A stretch of 64,000 bases of DNA, from the IMG/VR virus record IMGVR_UViG_3300045115_000211, positions 1 through 64,000 of that record; one strand, written 5' to 3'. Shown here piece by piece: positions 1-9,626 of the stretch (positions are counted from its first letter, which is position 1; each line of letters opens with the position of its first letter). Under the pieces are notes generated by a model. The model made no database searches, was not told the origin of the DNA, and was given only the letters and a program-made list of their open reading frames with translations. This stretch comes from a virus. The position numbers and the translations under genes are program-made.

Positions 1-46
1 GTCTGACGGGGGACGACTCGACCCCATACCAGATAGGCGGTGACAG

Positions 47-301
47 ATGATGGGCTCGTCACGCAACAGGACGATGGAGAGGATGGCGTCGGTCAGCATC
101 GCGGCGTCCGACCTGGCCAAGGAGACGTACGACTCCCGCAACGCCATGAGGCACGGGACGGTCGCGACGATATGCGCCCAGTACGGCGTGACGGTGAGGC
201 GCGAGGGCAAGCTGGCCGTCCTTTCCGCGCGCAGGGGGCGCCTCCAGGCGGTCGTCGAGCTTCTCCACTACTGCGCCGTCGACTACCTGATCGTGTCCTG
301 A
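47..301 (+). CDS. hypothetical protein
   Basis: 84-aa ORF with GC-rich third positions; ends just before a promoter. Confidence 0.5.
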   Translation: MMGSSRNRTMERMASVSIAASDLAKETYDSRNAMRHGTVATICAQYGVTVRREGKLAVLSARRGRLQAVVELLHYCAVDYLIVS

Positions 302-327
302 CGCCGCGGTCCCTGTATAATCGGGGC

Positions 328-972
328 ATGAACAGCGACGTCAGCCGGCAGGAGTTGGCGAGGCAAGCCCTCCTGTTCTTCCGCGACACGAGGATGGCGA
401 TGGAGCGCCTGGAATGCTCCGGGATCGTGCCGTCGCTGGTCATGGCCTCGGAATCAATCTGCGGGTGCCGCGGCAAGGTCGTCACGACGGGCATGGGCAA
501 GGCCGGGCACGCCGCCCAGAAGATCGCCTCGACGTTCTCCTCGCTCGGCATCCCGTCCTGCTACCTGCACCCCGCCGAGGCGTCGCACGGGGACATCGGC
601 ATAGCGACCCGGGGCGACATCCTGCTCGTGTTCTCGACGTCGGGGAAGACCCGCGAGGTCATAGAGACGGCGGAGTTGTTCCGCAGGCTGTCGGCCGGGG
701 GGATCGATGACGACGGGGGCAAGGTCGTGTCCATCACGTCCCATCCCGACTCGCCCATCAGGAGCATGTCGGACGTCGTCGTCGACATCGGGATAGTGAG
801 GGAGGCAGGCCACCTTTCCCTGGCGCCGACGACGTCCATCGTCGTGATGCTGGTCGTCGCGGACGCCATCGCCACGATGTGCGCCTGGAGGCGCGGGCTG
901 ACGAAGGACGAGTTCGGCATGCGCCACCACGGCGGGTACCTTGGCAGGAAATGCCGTGGGGAGGAGCCATGA
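328..972 (+). CDS. SIS-domain sugar-phosphate isomerase (KdsD/GutQ-like, no CBS domains)
   Basis: TGMGKAGH, HPAEASHGDIG, STSGKT, APTTS and HHGGYLG motifs; ATG 6 nt after TATAAT (316-321). Confidence 0.85.
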   Translation: MNSDVSRQELARQALLFFRDTRMAMERLECSGIVPSLVMASESICGCRGKVVTTGMGKAGHAAQKIASTFSSLGIPSCYLHPAEASHGDIGIATRGDILLVFSTSGKTREVIETAELFRRLSAGGIDDDGGKVVSITSHPDSPIRSMSDVVVDIGIVREAGHLSLAPTTSIVVMLVVADAIATMCAWRRGLTKDEFGMRHHGGYLGRKCRGEEP

Positions 973-1232
973 GCGGCGACAAGGCGGCGAGCGGCGACAA
1001 GGCGTCCTTCGCGACCTTCTGCAGGAAGCACCGCATCGCGGAGGACAGCATCCGCTGGAGGGCGATAGGCGACAAGAGCGTGAAGATTTCCGTGGCGAAG
1101 TCGGACTTCGAGTCCGGAGGATGGAACCTCATGTCCGTCGGCCTCATGTTCGCCCTGCGGGAGCTGGGGGTCAGCCTCGACGTGACGATGAGGGACACGA
1201 AGCGCGACATCGAGATAGTCGTCGAGAAATAG
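969..1232 (+). CDS. hypothetical protein
   Basis: ATGA overlap with upstream gene; GAGGAG RBS. Confidence 0.55.
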   Translation: MSGDKAASGDKASFATFCRKHRIAEDSIRWRAIGDKSVKISVAKSDFESGGWNLMSVGLMFALRELGVSLDVTMRDTKRDIEIVVEK

Positions 1233-1246
1233 GAAGGAGCAGCACG

Positions 1247-2638
1247 ATGCCAATGAAGGCCAAGCCCGATCCGAAGATGGTCTCGATCACCGCGATGGTA
1301 GGCGGCGGAATCACTGGCGGCGTGCCCGACGCCGACGTCTTCGACATCGATGGGGTGGAGGACAGCGCGGACGGGTCGACCGTGATCGACCTCACGGGGA
1401 AGTTCAAGCAGCCGTCGGGAGTCGTCAAGCTGTACAGGCACCCGTCGGAGTACGCCCTCGCCATGTACGCCGTCACGAAGCTGGTCAACCAGTTCGGCAA
1501 GATCGTCAGGAACGCGCGGGCCATCAACGGGGAGCCGTCCGTGACCTCGATCGGAACCGACGTCAGGACGGTCACGACCGTCTACAACGACGTGTGCGCC
1601 ACGCTGGAGTTCGACAAGGGCGACGGCAAGCCTCCGGCCACGGGTATGGTGCAGACCATCATGCTGGACGAGGGGTTCAGGGTGTCGTTCGCGGCGCCGC
1701 GCAAGGACTGGGTGGCCCTGATCGAGAAGGCCTACAACAGGATGCTGGAGGCCCACAACTTCTACCAGGGCAAGACCCTGCGCTTCGGGCGCGAGTGCGT
1801 CGAGTTCATCCCGGTGCCGTCCACGAGGATGGACGACGCGATCCTGCCCAAGACGACCACGGACGAGATCGAGCTCAACGTCATGCAGTTCCTGAGGAAC
1901 CCCAAGATGCACGCCATCACCAAGAAGCGCGGCATCCTGTTCTATGGGCCGCCGGGCACGGGCAAGACCACGAGCATCAAGGCGATGTTCAAGGCCCTGT
2001 TCGACAGCAAGATCACCTGCATCTACGTTTCGGACGCCAGCTTCGACAAGCTGTCGGTCGAGGACGTCTTCGGCTTCATCAACAAGTACCTCGCCCCCGC
2101 GCTGGTGGTTTTCGAGGACATCGACCTGATCGCCCCGGACAGGCGGGACGGCGGCAGCAGGCTGATCGGCCCCCTGCTCTCGGCCCTGAACGGCATCGAG
2201 GAGCAGAGGAAGCCCATCGCCATCGTCGCGACGACCAACCGCGTCGAGGTGCTGGACGCCGCCGTGACGAGGCCGTGCCGCTTCGACCGCAGGATCAAGG
2301 TCGACTTCCCGTCGGAGGCCGACATGCACAGGATCTTCCGCAACGTGTCTGGATTCGACGCCCCGGCAGGGTGCTTCAAGGCCGCCGAGCCTCGGCTCAC
2401 GGGGGCCCACGTCGAGGAGATATACCGCACGGCGGCCCTGCTCGCCGAGCAGCGCGGCAAGCCCGTCGAGGAGTGCGTCTGCGAGGCGGTCGAGACCGTC
2501 AAGAAGCACTTCATGATCGTGTCCCCCAAGGTCAAGGGGTTCGGCGTGGACGACGACCGCCCCAGCGACTCCGGGGTCTGCGCCGAGACCACCTCCCCAG
2601 GGAAGTGCCCCAGGCCACCAGACCCCTTCAGGGGTTGA
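1247..2638 (+). CDS. AAA+ ATPase
   Basis: Walker A GPPGTGKT, Walker B VVFEDID, ATTNR, RPCRFDR; AGGAG RBS. Confidence 0.9.
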   Translation: MPMKAKPDPKMVSITAMVGGGITGGVPDADVFDIDGVEDSADGSTVIDLTGKFKQPSGVVKLYRHPSEYALAMYAVTKLVNQFGKIVRNARAINGEPSVTSIGTDVRTVTTVYNDVCATLEFDKGDGKPPATGMVQTIMLDEGFRVSFAAPRKDWVALIEKAYNRMLEAHNFYQGKTLRFGRECVEFIPVPSTRMDDAILPKTTTDEIELNVMQFLRNPKMHAITKKRGILFYGPPGTGKTTSIKAMFKALFDSKITCIYVSDASFDKLSVEDVFGFINKYLAPALVVFEDIDLIAPDRRDGGSRLIGPLLSALNGIEEQRKPIAIVATTNRVEVLDAAVTRPCRFDRRIKVDFPSEADMHRIFRNVSGFDAPAGCFKAAEPRLTGAHVEEIYRTAALLAEQRGKPVEECVCEAVETVKKHFMIVSPKVKGFGVDDDRPSDSGVCAETTSPGKCPRPPDPFRG

Positions 2639-2684
2639 CAGGCCTCCAGGGAGGAGATAGGATTCGCGGACGGAGGACGACAGG

Positions 2685-3329
2685 ATGGCCGACAAGGCAC
2701 TTCTGATGGAGGCCGTGAGGCGCACCGACCTGGACCCGAAGGCAAGGCTGTCCATGGTCAGGGAGTCGGGATCCGTCCTCTACGAGTACGTCGGCGGATC
2801 GCACGCCTATGGCACGTCCCTTCCGACGAGCGACAGGGACGTCAGGGGCGTGTTCTGCCTTCCCGCCAGCGAGTACCTTTCGACGACCAAGCCGGCGGAC
2901 GGGATGCAGGACGACCGCAAGACGGACGGGAAGAAGAGGAACGACGACTTCTTCTTCACGCTCCGGAGGTTCTTCGAGCTCCTCAAGGGGGCCAACCCCA
3001 ACGTCATCGAGGCCCTCTGGATGCCCGAGGACTGCGTCGTCAGCGCCTCGCCCGAGATCAGGCTCGTGATCGCCAGGCGCGAGCTTTTCGTGTCGAAGGC
3101 GTGCCTCGGGTCGCACTTCGGCTACGCCAAGGACCAGATCGCCAAGGCGAGGGGCAAGAACAAAAAAGTGAACAATGCAGGTTTTTACGAACCAGGGATG
3201 AATAAGTTGGTGAGCCTATTGAAGGCTGGGGAGGTCACCAATGAATGGGTCAAGTCTAGGTTCGGAGAGGCAATCCTCAACGAAGCCTTGCGAAGAATGG
3301 AAGTGTCTGGCGTGCGACAAGGAGCTTGA
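2685..3329 (+). CDS. Pol-beta-superfamily nucleotidyltransferase (YcgL/RlaP-like), N-terminal half of a split gene
   Basis: GGSHAYGTSLPTSDRDVRG, NPNVIEAL, GYAKDQIAKARG; diverges after NKKVNN. Confidence 0.85.
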   Translation: MADKALLMEAVRRTDLDPKARLSMVRESGSVLYEYVGGSHAYGTSLPTSDRDVRGVFCLPASEYLSTTKPADGMQDDRKTDGKKRNDDFFFTLRRFFELLKGANPNVIEALWMPEDCVVSASPEIRLVIARRELFVSKACLGSHFGYAKDQIAKARGKNKKVNNAGFYEPGMNKLVSLLKAGEVTNEWVKSRFGEAILNEALRRMEVSGVRQGA

Positions 3330-4260
3330 GTCGTGCAGGTCACTAGGACAACACGTTCGGTCATATCACGGAACGAAGTTCTATTACGACAAGCACCTGA
3401 AGACTACCACGGAAGGACTTTGTCTGGTTTGCGGAGCATCGACCAGGTTTGTCAACCTGGTTCGTGGGTACAGGCTTCATTGTTCAGACCGTTGTTATCG
3501 AAAAGGGGTTTCTGGAGAGGGCAATCCTTTCTTCGGCAAAACGCATTCGGAGATCGTCAAGCAAGCCATTCTACAGAAACGCCATCCTCCTTCTGGGGTA
3601 AACCATCCAATGTTCGGCCGACGAGGAGCATCTCACCCAGCGTGGGGGCGCCGCCATACTGCGGAAGAACTTGTCAGAATGAGCCGTGCTCTGAAGGGTC
3701 GGAATCCGCCTGTTTTTACGGCAACCGTCTTGAGACGGATGTCGGAAACCCGCCGTGGTCGAAAGCATTCGGAGGAAACAAGACGGAAGATAGGGGAGTC
3801 TGGAAAAGGCAAGCATCATTTGTCGCCAGAGTTGCGCCAGAGAATATCGGCAAAGGTGGCACAGGCTTATGTGGACGGAAGGTTGAACCAGTTCCCATTC
3901 AATTCGGGATGGTATGTCTCCGAACGCTTCGGGAAGACCTTCTTCTACAGAAGTTCGTACGAGTTGAGGGTGGTGAAGATTATGGAGGCAGATGCGGCTG
4001 TGGTAGACCTGGACTACGAACCATTCAAGGTTCGCATTGTGGTCGATGGGGTTGTGCGTCATACGGTTCCAGACTTCCTGGTCAAGATGACCAACGGAGA
4101 GTCGTTCGTCATCGAAGTGAAGCCTCAGAAAATGACGCTTGTGCCAAAGGTTGCCGCCAAACTGGATGCCACCAGGATGTATTTCGAGGGTCAAGGAGTG
4201 GGATATGAAGTTTGGACAGAACGAGAAATCTCTACAAGAGATGGACTGCCATTTGGATGA
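3241..4260 (+). mobile_element. homing-endonuclease-like gene (Zn finger, NUMOD3 repeats, C-terminal TnsA-like PD-(D/E)xK domain)
   Basis: GEGNPFFGKTHS, HSEETRRKI, YRSSYE...PDFLV...IEVKP; lower GC; GGAGGT RBS. Confidence 0.8.
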
Positions 4261-4999
4261 TCCGGACATCAGAAGGTTGATGCGCCCTCGGAAACTGGAC
4301 TTCTGCAGGATCATTCCCTGCGTGCCGGGGGCGAAGCCGTGGACTCACCCCGACGTCAAGTCGTCCAGGTTCCCGTTCAGGCCGATCCCCCTGTCCGAGA
4401 TGCCGTGGGTTGACCTCAAGGACTACCACGTGGCCGCCGTCGAGCACATGGCGAGTGCCTACAGGCTCTACTGCTACTACGGCGATCCGGCGTGCAAGGG
4501 CGTCTTCCGCGGCGACGACATGCTGGTCTGCGAGTCGATCCCCGTTGAGGACGAGCACGCCCGGTTCAGCGGCATCCTGCTCTACGACGAGCACGAGTAC
4601 GAGCGCGCCGTCAGGGACTGGAAGTCGTACTGGGACTGGATCGAGAACCGCAACCCCAACAGGTGGCTGGACCAGGAGCGTGGCAACCTGACCTTCGACC
4701 AGAAGAACATGACGCACTGCGTAAGGCTGCTCTGGTCCGGGCTGAACATCGTCAGGAACGGGGAGCCGATCGTCAGGTTCGACGGGGAGCAGCTCGGATA
4801 CCTGATGGCCTTGCGGACGGGCAGGATCACGGACTACGAAGCCGTCATGGCGAAGGTCGAGGGGCTCGTCGCCGAGATGGACGAGGCCGCCAAGACGTCC
4901 CCGATCCCGGAGTCCATCGACGAGGCGGCGGTCGAGGGTCTGCACGCGGAGGTGTCGCGGATGGCGTGGGACAGGCTGTTCGGGGAGAAGGTGGCATAG
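4241..4999 (+). CDS. nucleotidyltransferase, C-terminal half (start 4241 or 4280)
   Basis: LDFC...YWDWIENRNPNRW...FDQKNMTHCVRLL...LMALRTG, the C-terminal region typical of this NTase family. Confidence 0.8.
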   Translation: MDCHLDDPDIRRLMRPRKLDFCRIIPCVPGAKPWTHPDVKSSRFPFRPIPLSEMPWVDLKDYHVAAVEHMASAYRLYCYYGDPACKGVFRGDDMLVCESIPVEDEHARFSGILLYDEHEYERAVRDWKSYWDWIENRNPNRWLDQERGNLTFDQKNMTHCVRLLWSGLNIVRNGEPIVRFDGEQLGYLMALRTGRITDYEAVMAKVEGLVAEMDEAAKTSPIPESIDEAAVEGLHAEVSRMAWDRLFGEKVA

Positions 5000-5013
5000 G
5001 GTCGCTTGAACAC

Positions 5014-5469
5014 ATGATAACGTCATTCAGGGGCGAGCACTTCTTCCTGTCGAACTTCTTCGAGAGGCCGTTCGAATGGGACGGCATGACCTAGAGGTCT
5101 GCCGAGCACGCCTACCAGGCGTCAAAGGCCGACGGCTCCGACAACATAGGCAGGCTCGCCATCAAGATGGCGAGGACCCCAGCGATCGCCAAGCGCCTCG
5201 GGCGCAAGGTCAGGATGAGGGCGGACTGGGACGAGGCCAAGTACGACGTGATGAGGAGCGTCGTCAGGGCCAAGTTCTCCGACCCGGAGATGGCGAGGCT
5301 CCTGCTCGCCACCGGCGACGAGGAACTGGTGGAATTCAACATATGGGGCGATGTCGTTTGGGGTCAATGTGCTGACTCTACTGGGAAATGGGTTGGTCAG
5401 AACTGGCTGGGTAAGTTGCTAATGGAACTTCGCATCGACCTTCGGAGAAACGCCGGCCATGATCATTGA
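5014..5469 (+). pseudogene. NADAR (YbiA-like) protein with in-frame TAG at 5092-5094
   Basis: FRGEHFFLSNF...T*RSAEHAYQASK...AKRLGRKV...KFS...LLATGDEELVE...WG...GQNWLGKLLMELR, all in one frame. Confidence 0.8.
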
Positions 5470-6163
5470 AGAAATAGCGGTTGGTTTTGTATCCCTTTCG
5501 TTTTTCTGCGGCAATGACGTGAAGTAGAGGATCGAGAGTCCAGCCTTTGTGGTGGAGTTTTCTGCCCCTGACGACCTCACACATTCTCGCTGGCGACAGG
5601 TCGTGGTCTTTGCAGAATTTCCTCATGTTGTGGATTGTGGTTTTCCTTCCGTCTGGCGAATACAGCACGTAGGTTTTCGCACTAACTTCCGACGACCGCT
5701 GGTAGCAGTATGTCGTTCCTGGTTTTCCCCGATTTGCTTCTGACAGTTTCCGCTTGGCGTCTTCGGATAGTCTGATTCCCATATGAGACTTTGACAACTT
5801 TGCCCTTGTCTCTGGCGTGGCTGTTTTCCCAGTCATTTTTGCCGACAGTTTGGCCCTCGTTTCTGCTGATACTGACCCGGTCCCATTTCCGGCACGCAGA
5901 TTGTAACCGTTCGGAGAGAAGGTTCCGAGTTGAGTGGCGTAATGCAACTCCATTCGATCTAGTTCCTCTTGGGACGAGCAAGAACAAATGACCTCGATTT
6001 TGAAGTTGATGGCACCATACTTGGCGATGGCCATGGCGATCGGCATCCTTGTCCTGACGGTGCTTCGCCAACAGTGATGTTTGAAGCGTTGTTGTGTCGT
6101 TCTTGTAGTCTGACCAACATACCGCTTTCCGTTGACCAGGTTTGTGATCAGGTAGACGACCAC
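5378..6163 (-). mobile_element. GIY-YIG homing endonuclease with NUMOD3 repeats
   Basis: VYLITNLVNGKRYVGQT, GYN, ETRAKLS repeats; GTG start after GGGAGG; lower GC. Confidence 0.9.
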
Positions 6164-6300
6164 TTTTTCGTCCTCCCGTTCTGGCGCTCGACATCCCAAT
6201 AGGCCGTCTTGCATCTGGGGCACAGCCTAATCTCGGATTTTCTAGGAACCCATTTCCATCCGCATCGTTTGCAGTCTAGGGTTGGCAGTGTGACTTTCAT
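6148..6300 (-). CDS. 50-aa Zn-ribbon micro-protein (not in ORF track)
   Basis: MKVTLPTLDCKRCGWKWVPRKSEIRLCPRCKTAYWDV...; paralog at 33565-33693. Confidence 0.8.
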   Translation of the reverse strand: MKVTLPTLDCKRCGWKWVPRKSEIRLCPRCKTAYWDVERQNGRTKKWSST

Positions 6301-6356
6301 TCTTACCTATTCTCTATACCATCGGTAAATCCCTGCTTGCTGTGTATAATGCTGAC

Positions 6357-7097
6357 ATGAGCAGACGCATCAGGCAGCAAAACGGCCTAGACATCCCGCC
6401 GAAGATCAGCGTCGAGGTGTCGGCGGCGTGCACGAGGAGGTGCCCGTGGTGCCCCCAGCACGACCACACGAGGATGCAGGAGCTGATGCCGCTTGAGGTC
6501 ATCGAGAAGATAGCCAGGGAACTGGCGGCCGTCGGGTTCGACGGGACCTTCGGCCTGCACCTCTTCAACGAGCCGCTGGCCGACGCCAGGCTGGAGGACA
6601 TCGTCCGAAGGGTCAAGGCCATCCTCCCCAAGGCCGCCGTCTACTTCCACACGAACGGCGACCTCCTGACCGTCGAGCGAGTCAGGGGGCTGCTCGCCGC
6701 CGGCCTCGACCACATGACGGTCAACCACTATGACGGGCAGTCCCAGGAGCGGTTCTCCGCCCTGTGGGGGCAGCTTTCCGACGACGAGCGCGCCCGCGTG
6801 AGGGACAGGAAGTTCAGGCACCACCACATCTACAACCGCGCGGGCCTCGTGGCCACGAAGAGGCAGGTCCCCCTGCAGAGGCAGTGTCGGCGCATCCGCC
6901 AGATGTGCGTGAACTACCGGGGTGACGTCGTGCTGTGCTGCAACGACTTCCTCGGGCAGGTCAGCGTCGGCAACGTGAGGGACAAGGGCGTCGTCGAGCT
7001 CTTCAACGACCCCGTCCTCAAGCGCTACCGCGAGCTGCTGCAAGGAGGCAAGAGGGCGGGACTCAAGATGTGCGACAGGTGCGACCTCTTCGGCTGA
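6357..7097 (+). CDS. radical SAM protein with SPASM/twitch domain
   Basis: CTRRCPWC, NEPL, HTNGD, GDVVLCC, CDRC. Confidence 0.9.
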   Translation: MSRRIRQQNGLDIPPKISVEVSAACTRRCPWCPQHDHTRMQELMPLEVIEKIARELAAVGFDGTFGLHLFNEPLADARLEDIVRRVKAILPKAAVYFHTNGDLLTVERVRGLLAAGLDHMTVNHYDGQSQERFSALWGQLSDDERARVRDRKFRHHHIYNRAGLVATKRQVPLQRQCRRIRQMCVNYRGDVVLCCNDFLGQVSVGNVRDKGVVELFNDPVLKRYRELLQGGKRAGLKMCDRCDLFG

Positions 7098-7141
7098 CGA
7101 GACGGGTTGACTCCTTCGCCTCCGTGTCGTACAATCCGCCC

Positions 7142-7381
7142 ATGAGCTGGAAGAGGATACCGGCGGACAAGCAGGAGGTCGCGCTCGACGAGTGTCCGTT
7201 CTGCAGGACGGGGGAGACGTATTTCCTGTCCAGCGACAAGCCGCCGTTCCTCCAGATCGTCCACTATCCCCTGAAGGGGGTGGTGTGCCCGGCGCGGATG
7301 GAACAGGTCTGCGACAGCCAGGCCCAGGGGGCATCGTGGTGGAACGACAGGACGCCGAAGAAGGGGGTCGAGGAGACATGA
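7142..7381 (+). CDS. Lar-like small Zn-finger protein
   Basis: CPFC...WWNDR; preceded by TTGACT-17-TACAAT. Confidence 0.5.
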   Translation: MSWKRIPADKQEVALDECPFCRTGETYFLSSDKPPFLQIVHYPLKGVVCPARMEQVCDSQAQGASWWNDRTPKKGVEET

Positions 7382-8796
7382 TAACGGGAAGGGACCTCAT
7401 CGACTGGGGCGTCAAGGGACCAGCCATCAAGACCGGGCTCCGCCTGCTCGTGCCGAACCCCAAGGACTTCGGCAGGGCGCAGATCGAGGCCAAGGTGAGG
7501 GACATCGTCGCCGACCCCTCGGCGTTCTTGGGCGACTGCGTCCCATGGGTGGCGTCGCTCGCCGCCGCAATGGCCTCCAAGGCCGAGGAGGACGCGAAGG
7601 CCACGCCCATTCGCATGTCCAAGAACCATTGTCCACTGACCATCTTCGGCGACTCGATGATCGAGCCCGGGGCCATCGGCCAGATACACGTCGCCGCCAA
7701 GCTCCCCATCTCCGTCAGGGCCGCTTTGATGCCAGACGCGCATCAGGGATACGGAATTCCGATTGGTGGGGTGCTGGCGACGGACAATGTGGTCATACCT
7801 TGGGCGGTCGGCGTCGACATATCGTGCCGCATGCAAATGACTATCTTCGACATCCCTGCAAAGGATGCGTCTGGAATGAAGGATCGCCTTGTCAACGTGC
7901 TTTCGTCCAACACGGTGTTCGGGGCTGGTCAAGACATTGATGTGAAGGTTGACTCAAGGGTTCTTGATGATGTTCGGTTCGACCTTCCATCCATCAGGGG
8001 CTTGCACCTGCGAGACTTGGCCACCAGACAGTGCGGAACTAGCGGCGGTGGGAACCACTTCGTATCATTCGGGTTCGTGTCGTTGCCAGAATTCGACGGG
8101 GAAAGGCTCGCCGTTTTGTCGCATTCTGGCTCTCGTGGGGTTGGGTACAAGATCGCAGATGTTTTCTCCAAGATGGCCGAGAAGGAATGCCCGCTTCCTG
8201 GGGATGCGAGGCGGCTCGCATGGCTTCGTATGGACTCGGATGCTGGGCGCGAATACTGGGACGCCATGATGTTGGCGGCAGATTTTGCCAAGGCGTGTCA
8301 TGATGTGATCCATGGCAGGATAACGAGGGCCATCAAGGCGGAAAGGGTCGGGTTCTTCGAGAACGTGCACAACCTCGCATGGAGAGAGCGACTTGTTGAT
8401 GGCAGGGATGTCATCGTTCATCGCAAGGGGGCTACCCCTGCCCATCTCGGAGTGTATGGGATCATCCCTGGGTCAATGACAACCCCCGTCTATGTTTGCA
8501 GGGGCAAGGGAAACGAGGCATACCTTTTCTCGTCATCTCATGGGGCTGGTCGCCTTATGTCGCGCAAGGCAGCCAAGGAGCAGTTCACAATGGCGCAGAT
8601 GAGGGGCGACTTGGATGTGGCGGGCGTCACCCTGATCGGCGGTTCGCTTGATGAGTGCTCGATGGCCTACAAGGATGTCACGAAGGTTATGGCATGCCAG
8701 AGCGAATCCGTTGATGTCATCGGGTCGTTCCGCTCGTTCATTGTTCGTATGGCGGGAGAGAGCGCGAAGCCGTGGGAGAAAGACATCGGAGAGTAG
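7378..8796 (+). CDS. rtcB: RtcB RNA ligase
   Basis: MPDAHQGYGIPIG, VGVDISC, GGGNHF, HSGSRG, HN, HRKGAT, PGSM, SHGAGR, DE...AYK. Confidence 0.95.
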   Translation: MITGRDLIDWGVKGPAIKTGLRLLVPNPKDFGRAQIEAKVRDIVADPSAFLGDCVPWVASLAAAMASKAEEDAKATPIRMSKNHCPLTIFGDSMIEPGAIGQIHVAAKLPISVRAALMPDAHQGYGIPIGGVLATDNVVIPWAVGVDISCRMQMTIFDIPAKDASGMKDRLVNVLSSNTVFGAGQDIDVKVDSRVLDDVRFDLPSIRGLHLRDLATRQCGTSGGGNHFVSFGFVSLPEFDGERLAVLSHSGSRGVGYKIADVFSKMAEKECPLPGDARRLAWLRMDSDAGREYWDAMMLAADFAKACHDVIHGRITRAIKAERVGFFENVHNLAWRERLVDGRDVIVHRKGATPAHLGVYGIIPGSMTTPVYVCRGKGNEAYLFSSSHGAGRLMSRKAAKEQFTMAQMRGDLDVAGVTLIGGSLDECSMAYKDVTKVMACQSESVDVIGSFRSFIVRMAGESAKPWEKDIGE

Positions 8797-8855
8797 GATT
8801 CGGATGCAGGATTGTTTGATTCGGTTGCGGAATGATGTGCGTAGGAGGCAACCCT

Positions 8856-9599
8856 ATGTACATCTACAAGACGACCAACCTGCTAAACGGGAAAATCTAT
8901 GTCGGACAGTCCAAGTTCAACCCAGAGGATAATCCGACCTATCTTGGGTCTGGCTGTCTTCTTATCAGGGCAGTACGATGCTATGGCTCACAGAACTTCC
9001 GGAAGGAGATTCTTGAACTGTGCGACAACAAGGACCAACTTTGCGAGCGAGAGCGGTACTGGATTGCGACCCTGAAGTCGAATGTCCGTGGAGTGGGGTA
9101 CAACATCTGCGAAGGAGGAACTTGGGGAGACACGTTCTCGTCCAACCCTCGCGCGGAGGAGTTGCGGACCAAGTTCAGGGAGCTAAACGGCGGGCAACGC
9201 AACCCGAACTACGGCAACAGGTGGACGACAGAACAGAGATTGGCGGCATCGCGACGATGCAAGCGTACCAACAGAATCATCGACAAGGAGACTGGCCTGA
9301 ACGTCGCCAAGTTGCCGCATGTGCGGAGAAAAATCTCCGACACGAAGAAGGGACTATTGAACCCGCAGGCGTTCTTGTGGAGGTTGATTTCCCCCATAAA
9401 CGAGGAGTTCCTGATAGAGGGCGGCGTTAAGGACGGGGTCAAAAGGTTCGGGGTCGACTACCAACAGTTCCGTCGTAAAGTCGGAGACAACATAAGGGTA
9501 AACAGAGCAGGGTGGATGTTGATTAGGGTTCCGGCTCAAGATGCCAGGTTCCATCAGAGGCTTTTGGAAGGCGAGGACTGGGACTCGTGTTGTGGTTGA
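8856..9599 (+). mobile_element. GIY-YIG homing endonuclease (SegB-like)
   Basis: YIYKTTNLLNGKIYVGQ, YLGSG, GYNI; AGGAGG RBS; lower GC. Confidence 0.9.
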
Positions 9600-9626
9600 T
9601 AATGTATGGCAGAAGGGGGACGGGGA

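Noticed and set aside
971-1004. Tandem GAGCGGCGACAAGGCG duplication
   Set aside because: Two copies inside a coding N-terminus (SGDKA repeat); not an array.
3176-4280. Group I intron or intein in the NTase gene
   Set aside because: The endonuclease ORF fills almost the whole insert in a different frame; no P7/P/Q/R/S-like core or C...HN intein ends were seen.
5092-5094. Genome-wide TAG recoding
   Set aside because: Many confident genes end in TAG followed directly by the next gene; only one internal TAG was noticed.
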